Part shown: positions 45,077-54,809 of the stretch, piece by piece | Layout: every line of letters starts with the position of its first letter | Numbering within the stretch: position 1 is the first letter of the stretch | From: Candidatus Micrarchaeia archaeon | GTDB taxonomy: Archaea; Micrarchaeota; Micrarchaeia; Anstonellales; Bilamarchaeaceae | DNA length: 64,000 nt | Reading direction: 5' to 3' | Assembly (NCBI GenBank): GCA_041649555.1 | Contig: JBAZMS010000002.1 | Span: forward strand, 67,898 to 131,897 | The notes under the pieces: generated by a model | What the model was told of the DNA's origin: nothing | The model's database searches: none | Seen by the model: only the letters and a program-made list of their open reading frames with translations | Translations under genes and position numbers: made by a program

Positions 45077-46744
45077 ATGAACTCACACGCAATGATTCCA
45101 ACCCAGATCTATACAAAAGGAGTTGCAGGAATGGGCAGTAGCAATGACAATGCAGCAATAATATTTGGAAATAAGAGATGGGTTGGCTCCAGAAAAGATA
45201 TGGATGAAAAACTAAAAACTCTAATTTCTCCAACACAAGATCTAAATATGAAGTCTAGTTTTCCAAACCCTAATCAGGATGGAAGATATAACAGCATTTA
45301 CCATCAGGATGGAATTCTTATTCCAGGATTAAAAGATAGCCATGCCCACCCGGTTTTATATTCAATAATTGGATCGTTAGATCCAATTTATATTTTTGGT
45401 TTGAAAAATAAACATGAAATCCTAGATAAAATTAGAAAAGAAATTGATACAAGAAAGGAAAAAGGCATAATCTTTGCTTATGATTTAAATACCACCTTAA
45501 TAAAAGATTTGAATAGCCAGGATCTTAATTTGATAGAATCCGAACTCCCAGTGATTATTTTTGATCCATCTTATCATGGGGCAATTGCAAATTCAAAAGC
45601 ATTATCTGTTATCAATCAATTGGCAATTAAAAAGAAAAAAGAGTTAGGGCGAGAGCTTGCAGGACAAATGCTTCCAAATGGAAAATTAAGCGAGGAATAT
45701 GTATTTTTAGCATTTGAGCTAATGGATTCTGTTTTTGGAAAAGATATTAGCGAGGCGGCAAAAAACGAATCCAAACACATAATTTCATATCTTGAAAATA
45801 TGTTAAAAAGGGGAGTTACAAGCTGCAATGACATGCTTATTTCAACACCGACTCAGGTTTATGCACTCCTTTTAGCAAATCTTGAATGGAAAGATTTGAA
45901 AAATTCTAAATTTCCAGTCGATAAAATTTATTTAAGGCCGGATTTATTCCTGCTTTTCTCAAAAAATAAACAAACATATGGGGAAATAATTTCCAAATTG
46001 AATCCATGGATTAATGAAAATAAGGTAGGATTAAAACTTTTTTCTGATGGTTCTTTTGGAAGTTATACTGCAAATCTTTCAGAAAATTATTCCAATGCAA
46101 ATACAAATGGAATCGCATTTGATTCCAGAGCGCTGTACACTGATGCATTTAATCTTATTAAACAATTAGGCATAAAGGATGTGAGAATACATGCAATAGG
46201 AGATAGGGGAATACTCCATGCATTAAATATGATTCGAATTGCCCGTTCGGTAATTGGCAGGGATTTAAATGCAGGAATAGAACATTTTGAACTTTCAGGA
46301 TATTCCAATATAATTCAAATTGCAAAACAGATGGGAATTAAGGTTTGTATACAACCAAACTTTAATTCAGACATATATGATTATAGGGATAGATTGGGTG
46401 AGAGAATATCCCAGATTAATCCCTTAAAAAGTATCTCTAATTTAGAGATACCTATGACTTTTGGAACAGATGGAATGCCGGATAGCATGTTATTTGCATT
46501 ATTTTCAGCAATAAATCATCCAAACCCCAAGCAGGCACTCTCTTTTGAAGAATCATTGATATTTTCTTCTGATCCGGATCCATCCAATTTAATTATAATT
46601 TCTAACAATGCTTTTAAGAGTTTACAAAGAATGCCCGACCAAGAGCAAATTAAGATTGCATTTAAAAGATCAGATGAAATTGCAGCTGCCCTAAATCAAT
46701 CAGTTTTGAAAACCATTATCGGCGGAATTCTAGCATCCTCTTAA
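45077..46744 (+). CDS. amidohydrolase-family (Amidohydro_3-like) metal-dependent hydrolase
   Basis: 'IPGLKDSHAHP' (HxH metal site), 'RIHAIGDRGILHALN', C-terminal 'FGTDGMPDS' typical of the amidohydrolase TIM barrel. Confidence 0.5.
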   Translation: MNSHAMIPTQIYTKGVAGMGSSNDNAAIIFGNKRWVGSRKDMDEKLKTLISPTQDLNMKSSFPNPNQDGRYNSIYHQDGILIPGLKDSHAHPVLYSIIGSLDPIYIFGLKNKHEILDKIRKEIDTRKEKGIIFAYDLNTTLIKDLNSQDLNLIESELPVIIFDPSYHGAIANSKALSVINQLAIKKKKELGRELAGQMLPNGKLSEEYVFLAFELMDSVFGKDISEAAKNESKHIISYLENMLKRGVTSCNDMLISTPTQVYALLLANLEWKDLKNSKFPVDKIYLRPDLFLLFSKNKQTYGEIISKLNPWINENKVGLKLFSDGSFGSYTANLSENYSNANTNGIAFDSRALYTDAFNLIKQLGIKDVRIHAIGDRGILHALNMIRIARSVIGRDLNAGIEHFELSGYSNIIQIAKQMGIKVCIQPNFNSDIYDYRDRLGERISQINPLKSISNLEIPMTFGTDGMPDSMLFALFSAINHPNPKQALSFEESLIFSSDPDPSNLIIISNNAFKSLQRMPDQEQIKIAFKRSDEIAAALNQSVLKTIIGGILASS

Positions 46745-47668
46745 TTATATTTTTCCGTTAAGTTGAAGCAACTTATAAAACATCCCTATATTCACATATA
46801 CACTTTCTCTCATAAATTCAGGTAATATGTTTTTTGGGTGGTTATCCAAACTTTCAGAAGTAGTCAGTCTTCCGTCCGTAGTCATTCTTGGCATTATATA
46901 TTCCCAGCATGCATTGGAATTTAAATTTTCCATAAATTTCTCATCAATGGTTTTGAATTTGGAATTAAATTCATTTACAATTACTGTATCTGCGCCTTTT
47001 TGAGGAAGCGCTTCTGCAACTATGAACAAATCAACTTCTTTCATAATCTCTTCCAATGGTTTTTTTTCTAAAACCGAACCATTCTTTTTTATCTCTTCAA
47101 TTACTTCTTTTTGGCTTGAAGCCCCGTCTATAATGCTGTTTTCATAAAATTTCATTCCAAATTTCGACCAGATTCTATAAAATGATTTAATTGGCCTTGA
47201 ATATCTTATCAATCCGTATGCCCCTATTTTCAATCCTTCCAGTTTTCCAAACCTTTTCCATAAATTATACAAATTCCATAATGCTGCAATAGTGTGGTCA
47301 TCACCCATCATTGCATTTAATACCGGAATTTTAACATTTCTAAACATTTCCGGATTATACGGGCCCCTTATTGCCATTATATCGGATACATCAGATAATG
47401 AATTAACTGTGTCCATCACTCCTTCTTCTCCGGATTCAAGATAAGTTCCTTTAATACCTTCAATTCCAATCCAGCCTCCTCCTCCTTTAATTATTCCTGA
47501 TTTTAGAGAAGCAGTTGTTCTTGTGCTTTCTGCTGCAAATAACAATCCCAGTACTTTGTTTTTTAGGATATCTGGCCTTTTTCCATCTTCAAACTCTTTT
47601 GCGATTTTGAAAATATCCAATATCATCTCTTTATCCAAATCCTTTGGAACTAGAATGTGTTTTGTCAT
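46745..47668 (-). CDS. divergent aspartate/ornithine carbamoyltransferase-fold protein
   Basis: 'FAAESTRTTASL' (STRTR with the second Arg replaced), 'GEEGVMDT', 'DIMAIRG', 'IPVLNAMMGDDHTIAALWN' (HPxQ position degenerate), 'LKIGAYG'. Start moved to MTKHILVP (47668), which follows a GGTGAGAGG Shine-Dalgarno. Confidence 0.5.
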   Translation of the reverse strand: MTKHILVPKDLDKEMILDIFKIAKEFEDGKRPDILKNKVLGLLFAAESTRTTASLKSGIIKGGGGWIGIEGIKGTYLESGEEGVMDTVNSLSDVSDIMAIRGPYNPEMFRNVKIPVLNAMMGDDHTIAALWNLYNLWKRFGKLEGLKIGAYGLIRYSRPIKSFYRIWSKFGMKFYENSIIDGASSQKEVIEEIKKNGSVLEKKPLEEIMKEVDLFIVAEALPQKGADTVIVNEFNSKFKTIDEKFMENLNSNACWEYIMPRMTTDGRLTTSESLDNHPKNILPEFMRESVYVNIGMFYKLLQLNGKI

Positions 47669-47850
47669 ACCTCTCACCAAATATATTAGAAAAAGAAATT
47701 TTTTAAAGTGTGGCCAACCTTTTCTTACTATAATTTCGAGTGAAAATTCAGAATAAAATGCAGGTATTGTCCTATGGGTTTTTAACCTGTTCAATAAATA
47801 AATTTTTAGAAATACAAAAATTATTTAAATAACCTAATCTATATCTTATC

Positions 47851-48843
47851 ATGAAACAAACAAACAAAATATTATTCGTCTTGATTTTATTTTTGGGATT
47901 AGCCAATTTATCATATTCTGTTTCGTTAAATGAAATAATACTTTCTATTTTCGGGGATAGATCAGCAATAATTTTATTAGAGCCAACACTCAATCAGGGA
48001 CTCTATTCTGATTCAGTTTGGCCTACAGTTAGCACAGATGTTTCCTCTCCGTTTGGCCCAAGGCTAAAAGCATCAGATAATTTTAGGTATGATTTTCACA
48101 AAGGTATCGACATAGCAGGAAATTTAAATGATCCAGTCTATTCAATAGATGAAGGAGTTGTGTATAATATCTATCCTGATGGAAGCTCAACTTATCCTAA
48201 TGGGGGAAATGTTATTGTAATAAGGCACACTCCCAAAGAACCGATTTTATTTCATGGAAATTATTATACCCGGTATTATTCGGTTTATATGCACTTAAAT
48301 GAAATTTTAATCCAGCCGAATCAATTTGTAAACAAGGGCCAGGTAATCGGGAAAATGGGCCATTCGGGAACAACTGATTTTAATCATTTGCACTTTGAAA
48401 TAAGAGTTCAAACTACCTGTTCACAAGAATATCAAATTGCAAATCCAAAAGCATCATGTTCTCAGGTTTTTCTGGTTCCAACAGATCCGCATGTAAATCC
48501 ATTTTTATTTTTGAATTATAAAAATAGAGGTAACATGGATGTGCAGGTTTTAAGGTCAAACCCTTTAAAAATAAAAATATCTTCTGATAATAAAGAACTT
48601 GATTTTAATTCGGTATATGTTGTGTACGGAAAAAAAGAGAAAAAAATAGACCTTAATTTAAGAGAAGGAATCGATCCTTTAAACATGGACAACAATTTAT
48701 ATGATGGAGTTCTAATTAGCCCCTTAAAATTTAACAAGGATTCTTCAAAATATGAAATCGAGATAACTTTCAATAATTTTAAAAACTATGATTTTATCGA
48801 GGTAAGGGATATATTCGGAAAAGGAGTAAAACTTTCAAAATAA
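47851..48843 (+). CDS. secreted M23-family (LytM-like) metallopeptidase
   Basis: Signal peptide; 'HKGIDIAG', 'YMHLN', 'GHSGTTDFNHLHFEIR' (HxxxD ... HxH). Confidence 0.7.
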   Translation: MKQTNKILFVLILFLGLANLSYSVSLNEIILSIFGDRSAIILLEPTLNQGLYSDSVWPTVSTDVSSPFGPRLKASDNFRYDFHKGIDIAGNLNDPVYSIDEGVVYNIYPDGSSTYPNGGNVIVIRHTPKEPILFHGNYYTRYYSVYMHLNEILIQPNQFVNKGQVIGKMGHSGTTDFNHLHFEIRVQTTCSQEYQIANPKASCSQVFLVPTDPHVNPFLFLNYKNRGNMDVQVLRSNPLKIKISSDNKELDFNSVYVVYGKKEKKIDLNLREGIDPLNMDNNLYDGVLISPLKFNKDSSKYEIEITFNNFKNYDFIEVRDIFGKGVKLSK

Positions 48844-48845
48844 TT

Positions 48846-49058
48846 TTATTTTTTTCCAAGCTCTTTTTCTGCAAATTTAATATCCTCATAAGTTACTGTT
48901 TTTCTTCCAGCATGCCTTGCAACTGTTATTGCAAGCCTTGAAGATCTTGTTGCAATATCTTCCAAATATTCAACTAATGCTTCCACTGCCTCATTGCTTA
49001 CTCTTTCAGCACCAGATTTTCTGATTATTCTCTCTATAGGAGCCTTAGGTATGTCCAT
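48846..49058 (-). CDS. archaeal histone (HMf-like histone fold)
   Basis: 70 aa; 'APIERIIRKSGAERVSNEAVEALVEYLEDIA...AGRKTVTYEDIKFA' matches the archaeal histone consensus. Confidence 0.75.
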   Translation of the reverse strand: MDIPKAPIERIIRKSGAERVSNEAVEALVEYLEDIATRSSRLAITVARHAGRKTVTYEDIKFAEKELGKK

Positions 49059-49074
49059 ATCATCACAAATAAGC

Positions 49075-49176
49075 TATAATCAGTTCATTTTAAAAGATTT
49101 GCGTTCAAATCTGTTTATTTTTGGTTTAATCAGTTCTAATCTGCTAGATTTTGCCTTAATCAGTTCTAATCTGTCT
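49075..49176. repeat. three direct copies of a 'TAATCAGTTC(T/A)AATCTG' element in the histone/speH divergent promoter
   Basis: Copies at ~49077, ~49128 and ~49157; the last two are 17/17 identical and 29 nt apart. Confidence 0.6.
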
Positions 49177-49243
49177 TTTTTTGAAAAAAACCTTGGAAAA
49201 CTAAGGGAATAGCTTTTTAAACATTTTGTAAATTAAATAAAAT

Positions 49244-49621
49244 ATGCAAAATATAACAGTAAGAAACTTCAAACCCAAGGAACAATTGGGTATGCATTTG
49301 GTTGCTGAAATTTATTTTTCAGACCCAGCTGTTCTAAATGATGAAGAAAAGATAAGGGAAGCATTGATAGATGCTTCTATTGCAGGAAACATGACAGTTA
49401 TTAATACTTCTTCACATAAATTTTCTCCGCACGGAGTTACTGCGTTAGTTTTGTTGGCAGAATCACACATTTCAATTCATACCTGGCCAGAGCATGGTTA
49501 TGCAGCAATAGATATATTTGCCTGCGGCAGGGGAGAACCTGAAAAATCACTTGAAAGGCTAAAAGAATTACTGCCTGTAAAAGAATTAAAAGTTTTAAAA
49601 ATTAACAGAGGGCTGTTCTAA
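49244..49621 (+). CDS. speH: S-adenosylmethionine decarboxylase proenzyme (pyruvoyl-dependent, SpeH type)
   Basis: 'LVLLAESHISIHTWPE' self-cleavage Ser motif; 125 aa. Confidence 0.8.
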   Translation: MQNITVRNFKPKEQLGMHLVAEIYFSDPAVLNDEEKIREALIDASIAGNMTVINTSSHKFSPHGVTALVLLAESHISIHTWPEHGYAAIDIFACGRGEPEKSLERLKELLPVKELKVLKINRGLF

Positions 49622-49762
49622 TTATTTGTTTTTTTTTATTTTCTGCTTAGCTTTCGCTAATATTTTTTAAAATAAATTAAGATCTGCTGAATTCTTCAAG
49701 ATAAATTTTGAAAGCAATGGTTATTCTTGCACTCCACTTGTTCCAATTTAATTTAATTAAAT

Positions 49763-51335
49763 TTGGAGGTGATCTATCCGCAGGTTCCCCTACGGATACC
49801 TTGTTACGACTTAGCCCTCCTCACACTTCCCCGATTCGAACCTGACTATGATCAGGGCCTCATCGAAAAAATATTCGGATGACTTGACGGGCGGTGTGTG
49901 CAAGAAGCAGGGACACATTCACCGCGAGATAGTGACTCGCGATTACTAGCCATTCCAGCTTCATGAGGGTGAGTTGCAACCCTCAATTCGAACTATGGTT
50001 GGATTTAGGGGATTTGCTTCTCCTCTCGGAGTTGCGGCCCATTGTTCCAATCACTGTATGCCGCGTGTAGCCCAAGGCATTCGGGCCATACTGACCTACC
50101 GTCGCCCACTTCTTCCTCCCATTTAACACGGGCAGTCCTCTTAAAGTGCTCCATATCCGCAGATATAGATAGCAACTAAGAGCATGGGTCTCGCTCGTTT
50201 CAGGACTTAACCTGACAGTTCACACCACGAGCTGACGATGGCCATGCAACACCTCTCGGCTTGTCAGGCAAGATCTTTAGTCTGACCTTCATACTGCCGT
50301 CGGCCTTGGTGATATTTCTGGCGTTGTATCCAATTAAACCGTAGCATCCACGGCTTGTGGTGCTTCCCCGCCAATTCCTTTAAGTTTCAATCTTGCGATC
50401 GTACTCCCCAGGCGGCAGACTTAACACTTACATACCTAAAACTTAAAAATTTAAGTTATAAGGTTCTACGCTACAGCACTTCCCTAACTTACGTTAGAGA
50501 AACACCAGAGTCTGCATCATTTACTGCTAGGACTACCGGGGTCTCTAATCCCGTTCGCTCCCCTAGCCTTCGTCCCTCACCGTCAGAAACGTTTTGATTG
50601 GGCGCCTTCGCCACTGATAGTCCACCTAGGATCAACGGATCGTAATCTTTAAATTGCAAATTTTAGACGCAGTTTAAAGATTTTTACCCCTACCCCAGGT
50701 GTACTCCCAATCTCCCCCGTTCTCTAGCCTAACAGTATCTACTGCACGCCTTAGAGTTAAGCCCTAAGATTTCACAGTAGACTTAATAAGCCGGCTACGG
50801 ACGCTTTAGGCCCAGTATACGTGGGTACCACTCGAGGCGCTGGTATTACCGCGGCGGCTGCCACCAGTCTTTCCCACACCCTTATTCTCCAAGTTATTTA
50901 CACTTGGCAAAAGACATTGGCAAAGCCAATGCCACTCAGAATCCCCCTATCACGCTTTCGCGCATTGTAAAGTTTTCGTCCCTGCTGCATCCCGTAGGAC
51001 TAGGGCCCTTGTCTCAGTGCCCTTCTGGGGGCCACCACTCTCATGGCCCCTAGAGATTATAGGTTTGGTGAGCCGTTACCACACCAACAGCCTAATCCCC
51101 CGCAGTCCCGTCCTATGGCGGTCTGGCTACAATTTGCCAGCCTTTTGAATGATTAAGCATTCCAGCATAAATCATCTATCGTGGATTATCCTCAGTTTCC
51201 CGAGGTTATACACGTCCTTAGGGTAGGTTGACTACGTGTTACTCAGCCTTGTGCCACTTTTGGAAGCCCAAAAGTAGACTTGCATGGTTTATTCGGATTC
51301 TGATAGCAGTACCCTCCAGTAGGATCAACTGGAAT
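49763..51335 (-). rRNA. rrs: 16S ribosomal RNA (stand-alone, no linked 23S or spacer tRNA)
   Basis: Minus-strand reading gives 5' 'ATTCCAGTTGATCCTACTGGAGGGTACTGCTATCA...' and 3' '...AAGTCGTAACAAGGTATCCGTAGGGGAACCTGCGGATAGATCACCTCC'. Universal blocks are present (the 515 region 'GTGGCAGCCGCCGCGGTAATAC', the 806 region 'GGATTAGAGACCCCGGTAGTCC'). Confidence 0.9.
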
Positions 51336-51606
51336 TTGGAGTACCTAAAGAATTGTTGTTGTTACACCATTACTTTCATTTAAACTCTTGAAGACTCAGT
51401 CAAATCTATAAGTAAATAGATTTCCATTTTCTCTATTCACCAAGTTATTTTTGATATACTTGGTGATAACCTTTATTGAATATAAGAAAGGTAAGCAATA
51501 TATATGATAGTGAGACTTTATAAAGGTTTCTTTTTCAAATCCCTCAAATTCTCGACTAAAAATATTTTTTTCAAATCTCTGGCTATCTAATTATCGATCA
51601 TCCACT

Positions 51607-52665
51607 TTATAATGATATTTCCAGTTCATCATGAGCCATAATTACCTCTAATTCTCTTTCTCTATATTTAGGCTCCTTTTCTATAATCTCTTTTTTAAAG
51701 ACCTTTGCCCTTTCAAATACCTCTTCAATCCCAAAATCATCCCTTGTTGGTTCATGATGTCCAAGAACAACTCTTTTTACATTTGCTGCCAATGCAGTTA
51801 AAATTGCCCATTCATAAGTGCTGTGGCCCCAATCTATTTTACTAGGGTATTCTTCAGGAGTGTATTGTGCGTCATAATATAATATGTCTGCTTCTCCTGC
51901 AAGTTTTACCAATCTTGGATCAACTATATCCCTATGTTCAGTATCAGTTGCAATTACAATTGATTTTCCTGCATTATTTAATCTATAGGCAAATATTCCA
52001 TCAGGATGGGATAATTCTACAGGTATAACCTCGACAGTTCCAATTTTCACTTTTGGAGGTGCAGTTCTTTTTAATTCGTTGCTACAATCTATCATAGCCG
52101 GAAGATCATCAAATTCCACTGGAAAATTTGGAAATTCTTGCTGTCCTCTTAATGTTTCCTCCATCGATTTTCTTTGGTTATGTCTTGAAACTAAATTTAT
52201 TATACTATCACTAAAAAATATCGGAACAAAAAAAGGAAGACCCTGAATGTGGTCCCAATGAACATGAGTGCAGAGAATATAAATGAGATTTCCATATAAT
52301 GTAGTGAGTGGATTATAACCTGTTTTGTCCACAAATTTTCTTTTTGCAAGTTCTCCTCCTAAATCTGCAGCGCCATTTCCTACATCAATTACTATTAAAG
52401 GACTATCTGGTGCTTGTATCTCGATACAGGTAGTATTTCCTTTGTATGTTCCAATAATTGATTGTGGCTGGGATGATAAAAATTTCTCAACCTTGCCATT
52501 ATCAAGTTTTCCATATGTATCTAAAAGGTTATCAATTCCAAATTCTCCCAATCTTTCAAAGATTTTCGTTATTTTTTTGCGTACATCCCCTGATTTTAAT
52601 GGCGCACACCTGCTACCTGTTGCTCCCCACACCCTCATTTTTAAAGAAATTGAATTACTGTTCAT
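51607..52665 (-). CDS. metallo-beta-lactamase-fold hydrolase
   Basis: 'YILCTHVHWDHIQGLPFF' (HxHxDH) followed by downstream His/Asp ligands. Confidence 0.6.
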   Translation of the reverse strand: MNSNSISLKMRVWGATGSRCAPLKSGDVRKKITKIFERLGEFGIDNLLDTYGKLDNGKVEKFLSSQPQSIIGTYKGNTTCIEIQAPDSPLIVIDVGNGAADLGGELAKRKFVDKTGYNPLTTLYGNLIYILCTHVHWDHIQGLPFFVPIFFSDSIINLVSRHNQRKSMEETLRGQQEFPNFPVEFDDLPAMIDCSNELKRTAPPKVKIGTVEVIPVELSHPDGIFAYRLNNAGKSIVIATDTEHRDIVDPRLVKLAGEADILYYDAQYTPEEYPSKIDWGHSTYEWAILTALAANVKRVVLGHHEPTRDDFGIEEVFERAKVFKKEIIEKEPKYRERELEVIMAHDELEISL

Positions 52666-52713
52666 AAGTACCTATTAAAACAAAAAATATAAAAATGGAT
52701 ATCTTAAAAAAAA

Positions 52714-53571
52714 TCAATAAATTTTCTTTTTTAAAAAATTAGGGATTCCAAAGCTTCCGATATGTATCTCTTTATTATAGTATTTTAAACCTTCAATACT
52801 TCCAATTTTCTTAGAATCAAAATTATTTATCGGATCATACTTTTTTGAACAGAATGAAAACCCGATCACTCCGCTTGGGTATGTCGGAACAAGGGCAAAA
52901 TAATATTTATAAATTGGAAATAAATCCTGCAATTCCTTTCCAGTCCTCTCAATTATATCCTGATGGTAATACATTGATTCTGATTGCGTTACTAAAATTC
53001 CATCTTCGTTTAGTGCATCATTTATATCAGAATAAAATTGCCTTTGAAATAAAATTTCAGCAGGGCCCACAGGATCGCTCGAATCAACAATTATAATATC
53101 ATAATTTTTATTTTCTTTTATAAATTTAGCCCCATCCTCTGTATAAATCTTAACTCTTTTATCATTTAATCCTTGTGAAACTTCCGGGAAATGTCTTTTG
53201 CCAACCTCAATTACTTCCTCATCAATTTCACATAAATGTATCTCCTCAATTTTTTTATGTTTTACTATTTCACTTATTGTTCCCCCATCCCCGCCTCCAA
53301 TAACCAAAACTTTTTTTGGATTAGGATGGGCAAATATCGGAACATGGGCAATCATTTCGTGATATGCAAAATTATCAAATTCAGTCAGCATTACCGCATC
53401 ATCCAAGACAAGCATTTTTCCAAATCCTTTTGTCTGCATAATTCGTACCCGCTGAAATTTTGAATTGTAATCCTCTATTACTTTTTCTATTTCTATTCTC
53501 ATTCCCCTTCCTTTTTTTGCCTCATCGCCTTCCTGAAAAAAATATTTTTCCATTTTTTTTCCACACCTCAT
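52714..53571 (-). CDS. speE: spermidine synthase / polyamine aminopropyltransferase
   Basis: 'KVLVIGGGDGGTISEIVKH', 'DIIIVDSSDPVGPA' and the proton-relay region match SpeE. Confidence 0.8.
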   Translation of the reverse strand: MRCGKKMEKYFFQEGDEAKKGRGMRIEIEKVIEDYNSKFQRVRIMQTKGFGKMLVLDDAVMLTEFDNFAYHEMIAHVPIFAHPNPKKVLVIGGGDGGTISEIVKHKKIEEIHLCEIDEEVIEVGKRHFPEVSQGLNDKRVKIYTEDGAKFIKENKNYDIIIVDSSDPVGPAEILFQRQFYSDINDALNEDGILVTQSESMYYHQDIIERTGKELQDLFPIYKYYFALVPTYPSGVIGFSFCSKKYDPINNFDSKKIGSIEGLKYYNKEIHIGSFGIPNFLKKKIY

Positions 53572-53942
53572 TTTCTTTTTAATATTTTCATTCTTGATTT
53601 TTTAGCCCCAAAATAATTAATTGAAAACCTTTTCATTTTTTCAAAGTCATATTCTTTGCAACTAAATAAATCTATATATCCATATCCTATGTTCCCGTTT
53701 TTTGAAATCCCGAAATGACAACATATTGAGGATGTTTCTATCAATTGTATTGCAGTATATCCGCAATACCCCTGTTTCTTTCCAAAATATTTTATGATTG
53801 TTTTTCCAAATTTTTTCATTTTTATTATTTTGCACAATTGCGCGATATACTCTATTATTACTTTTTTATTTTCAACTCTTGTTATATCACATCCACATAT
53901 ATCCAAATGAGTTGATGTCCCCCAATATTTAATGTCCATCAA
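53568..53942 (-). CDS. AdoMetDC-like pyruvoyl-enzyme paralog (possibly an arginine decarboxylase-type derivative)
   Basis: 'GYTAIQLIETSSICCHF...GYIDLFSC' parallels speH 'GVTALVLLAESHISIHTW...AAIDIFAC'; overlaps speE by 4 nt. Confidence 0.5.
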   Translation of the reverse strand: MMDIKYWGTSTHLDICGCDITRVENKKVIIEYIAQLCKIIKMKKFGKTIIKYFGKKQGYCGYTAIQLIETSSICCHFGISKNGNIGYGYIDLFSCKEYDFEKMKRFSINYFGAKKSRMKILKRK

Positions 53943-54109
53943 AAAACCTTTTTAGTTTTATTTGCCCTAATAATACTTATAAATCTATTTGCAAAATATA
54001 TTAAATTGGTTCATTATTTCATTTCTTTTTTTGAAATAAGATATCTTTTTAAATACTCTCTATATAAGTATTACAATTAAAACCGATGAGTTTATTATGA
54101 GGTGTCTAT

Positions 54110-54577
54110 ATGCCAAGTTATATAAAATTTGAAACGCCAGTTGAATTAGTCCCGAAAATTTTGGATGTAATCTCTCATGCAAAGGAAAGCGGAAAAGTAA
54201 GAAAAGGAGTAAATGAAACAACAAAGTCAATAGAGAGAAAAAATGCAAAGCTTGTTGTGATTGCAGAAGATGTGGACCCAGAGGAAATAGTAATCCATAT
54301 TCCAATGCTGTGTGAAGAAAAAGGAATTCAGTTTGCATATGTTAAAACAAAAGTTGATCTTGGAAAATCAGTTGGAATGTCTGTTGGAACATCCTGCATT
54401 GCAGTTGATGATGCAGGTTCGTCATCAGAAGCCCTTTTGGATATCTTAAAAAGGCTTCCAAAGCCAGAAAGCAAGGTTGAAGAAAAAAAAGCAGAGCTTC
54501 ATTCTGAAAAACCAAAAGAGGAAAAAATTGCAAAACCAAAAACTGAAAAAAAACCAAAACAAGAAAAGAAAAAATAA
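54110..54577 (+). CDS. rpl7ae: 50S ribosomal protein L7Ae (with K/E-rich C-terminal extension)
   Basis: 'VRKGVNETTKSIERKNAKLVVIAEDVDPEEIVIHIPMLCEEKGIQFAYVKTKVDLG' matches L7Ae almost block-for-block. Confidence 0.8.
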   Translation: MPSYIKFETPVELVPKILDVISHAKESGKVRKGVNETTKSIERKNAKLVVIAEDVDPEEIVIHIPMLCEEKGIQFAYVKTKVDLGKSVGMSVGTSCIAVDDAGSSSEALLDILKRLPKPESKVEEKKAELHSEKPKEEKIAKPKTEKKPKQEKKK

Positions 54578-54594
54578 TTTATAGGTGAAATTAA

Positions 54595-54804
54595 ATGGCA
54601 AATGAAGCATATCCGGCAAAAATTGTCGAAATAAAAACCAAAACAGGTTCCTGTGGTGAGATATACCAGGTTTTATGCAAGGTTTTAGAAGGTCCGGATA
54701 CCGGAAAAATTCTTACAAGAAATGTAAAAGGTCCTGTCAAGGAAGATATGATAATCATGCTCCTTGATACTGAAAGGGAAGCAAGAGAAATTAAGAGCAG
54801 GTGA
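54595..54804 (+). CDS. rps28e: 30S ribosomal protein S28e
   Basis: 'AKIVEIKTKTGSCGEIYQVLCKVLEGPDTGKILTRNVKGP' matches the S28e core. Confidence 0.75.
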   Translation: MANEAYPAKIVEIKTKTGSCGEIYQVLCKVLEGPDTGKILTRNVKGPVKEDMIIMLLDTEREAREIKSR

Positions 54805-54809
54805 TTTAA

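Noticed and set aside
49763-51335. AT-rich insertions in the 16S gene as possible rRNA introns
   Set aside because: They are short (30-50 nt), self-complementary hairpins located in variable helices. No bulge-helix-bulge boundaries or internal ORF were seen. Expansion segments are more likely, but this needs a model-based alignment.
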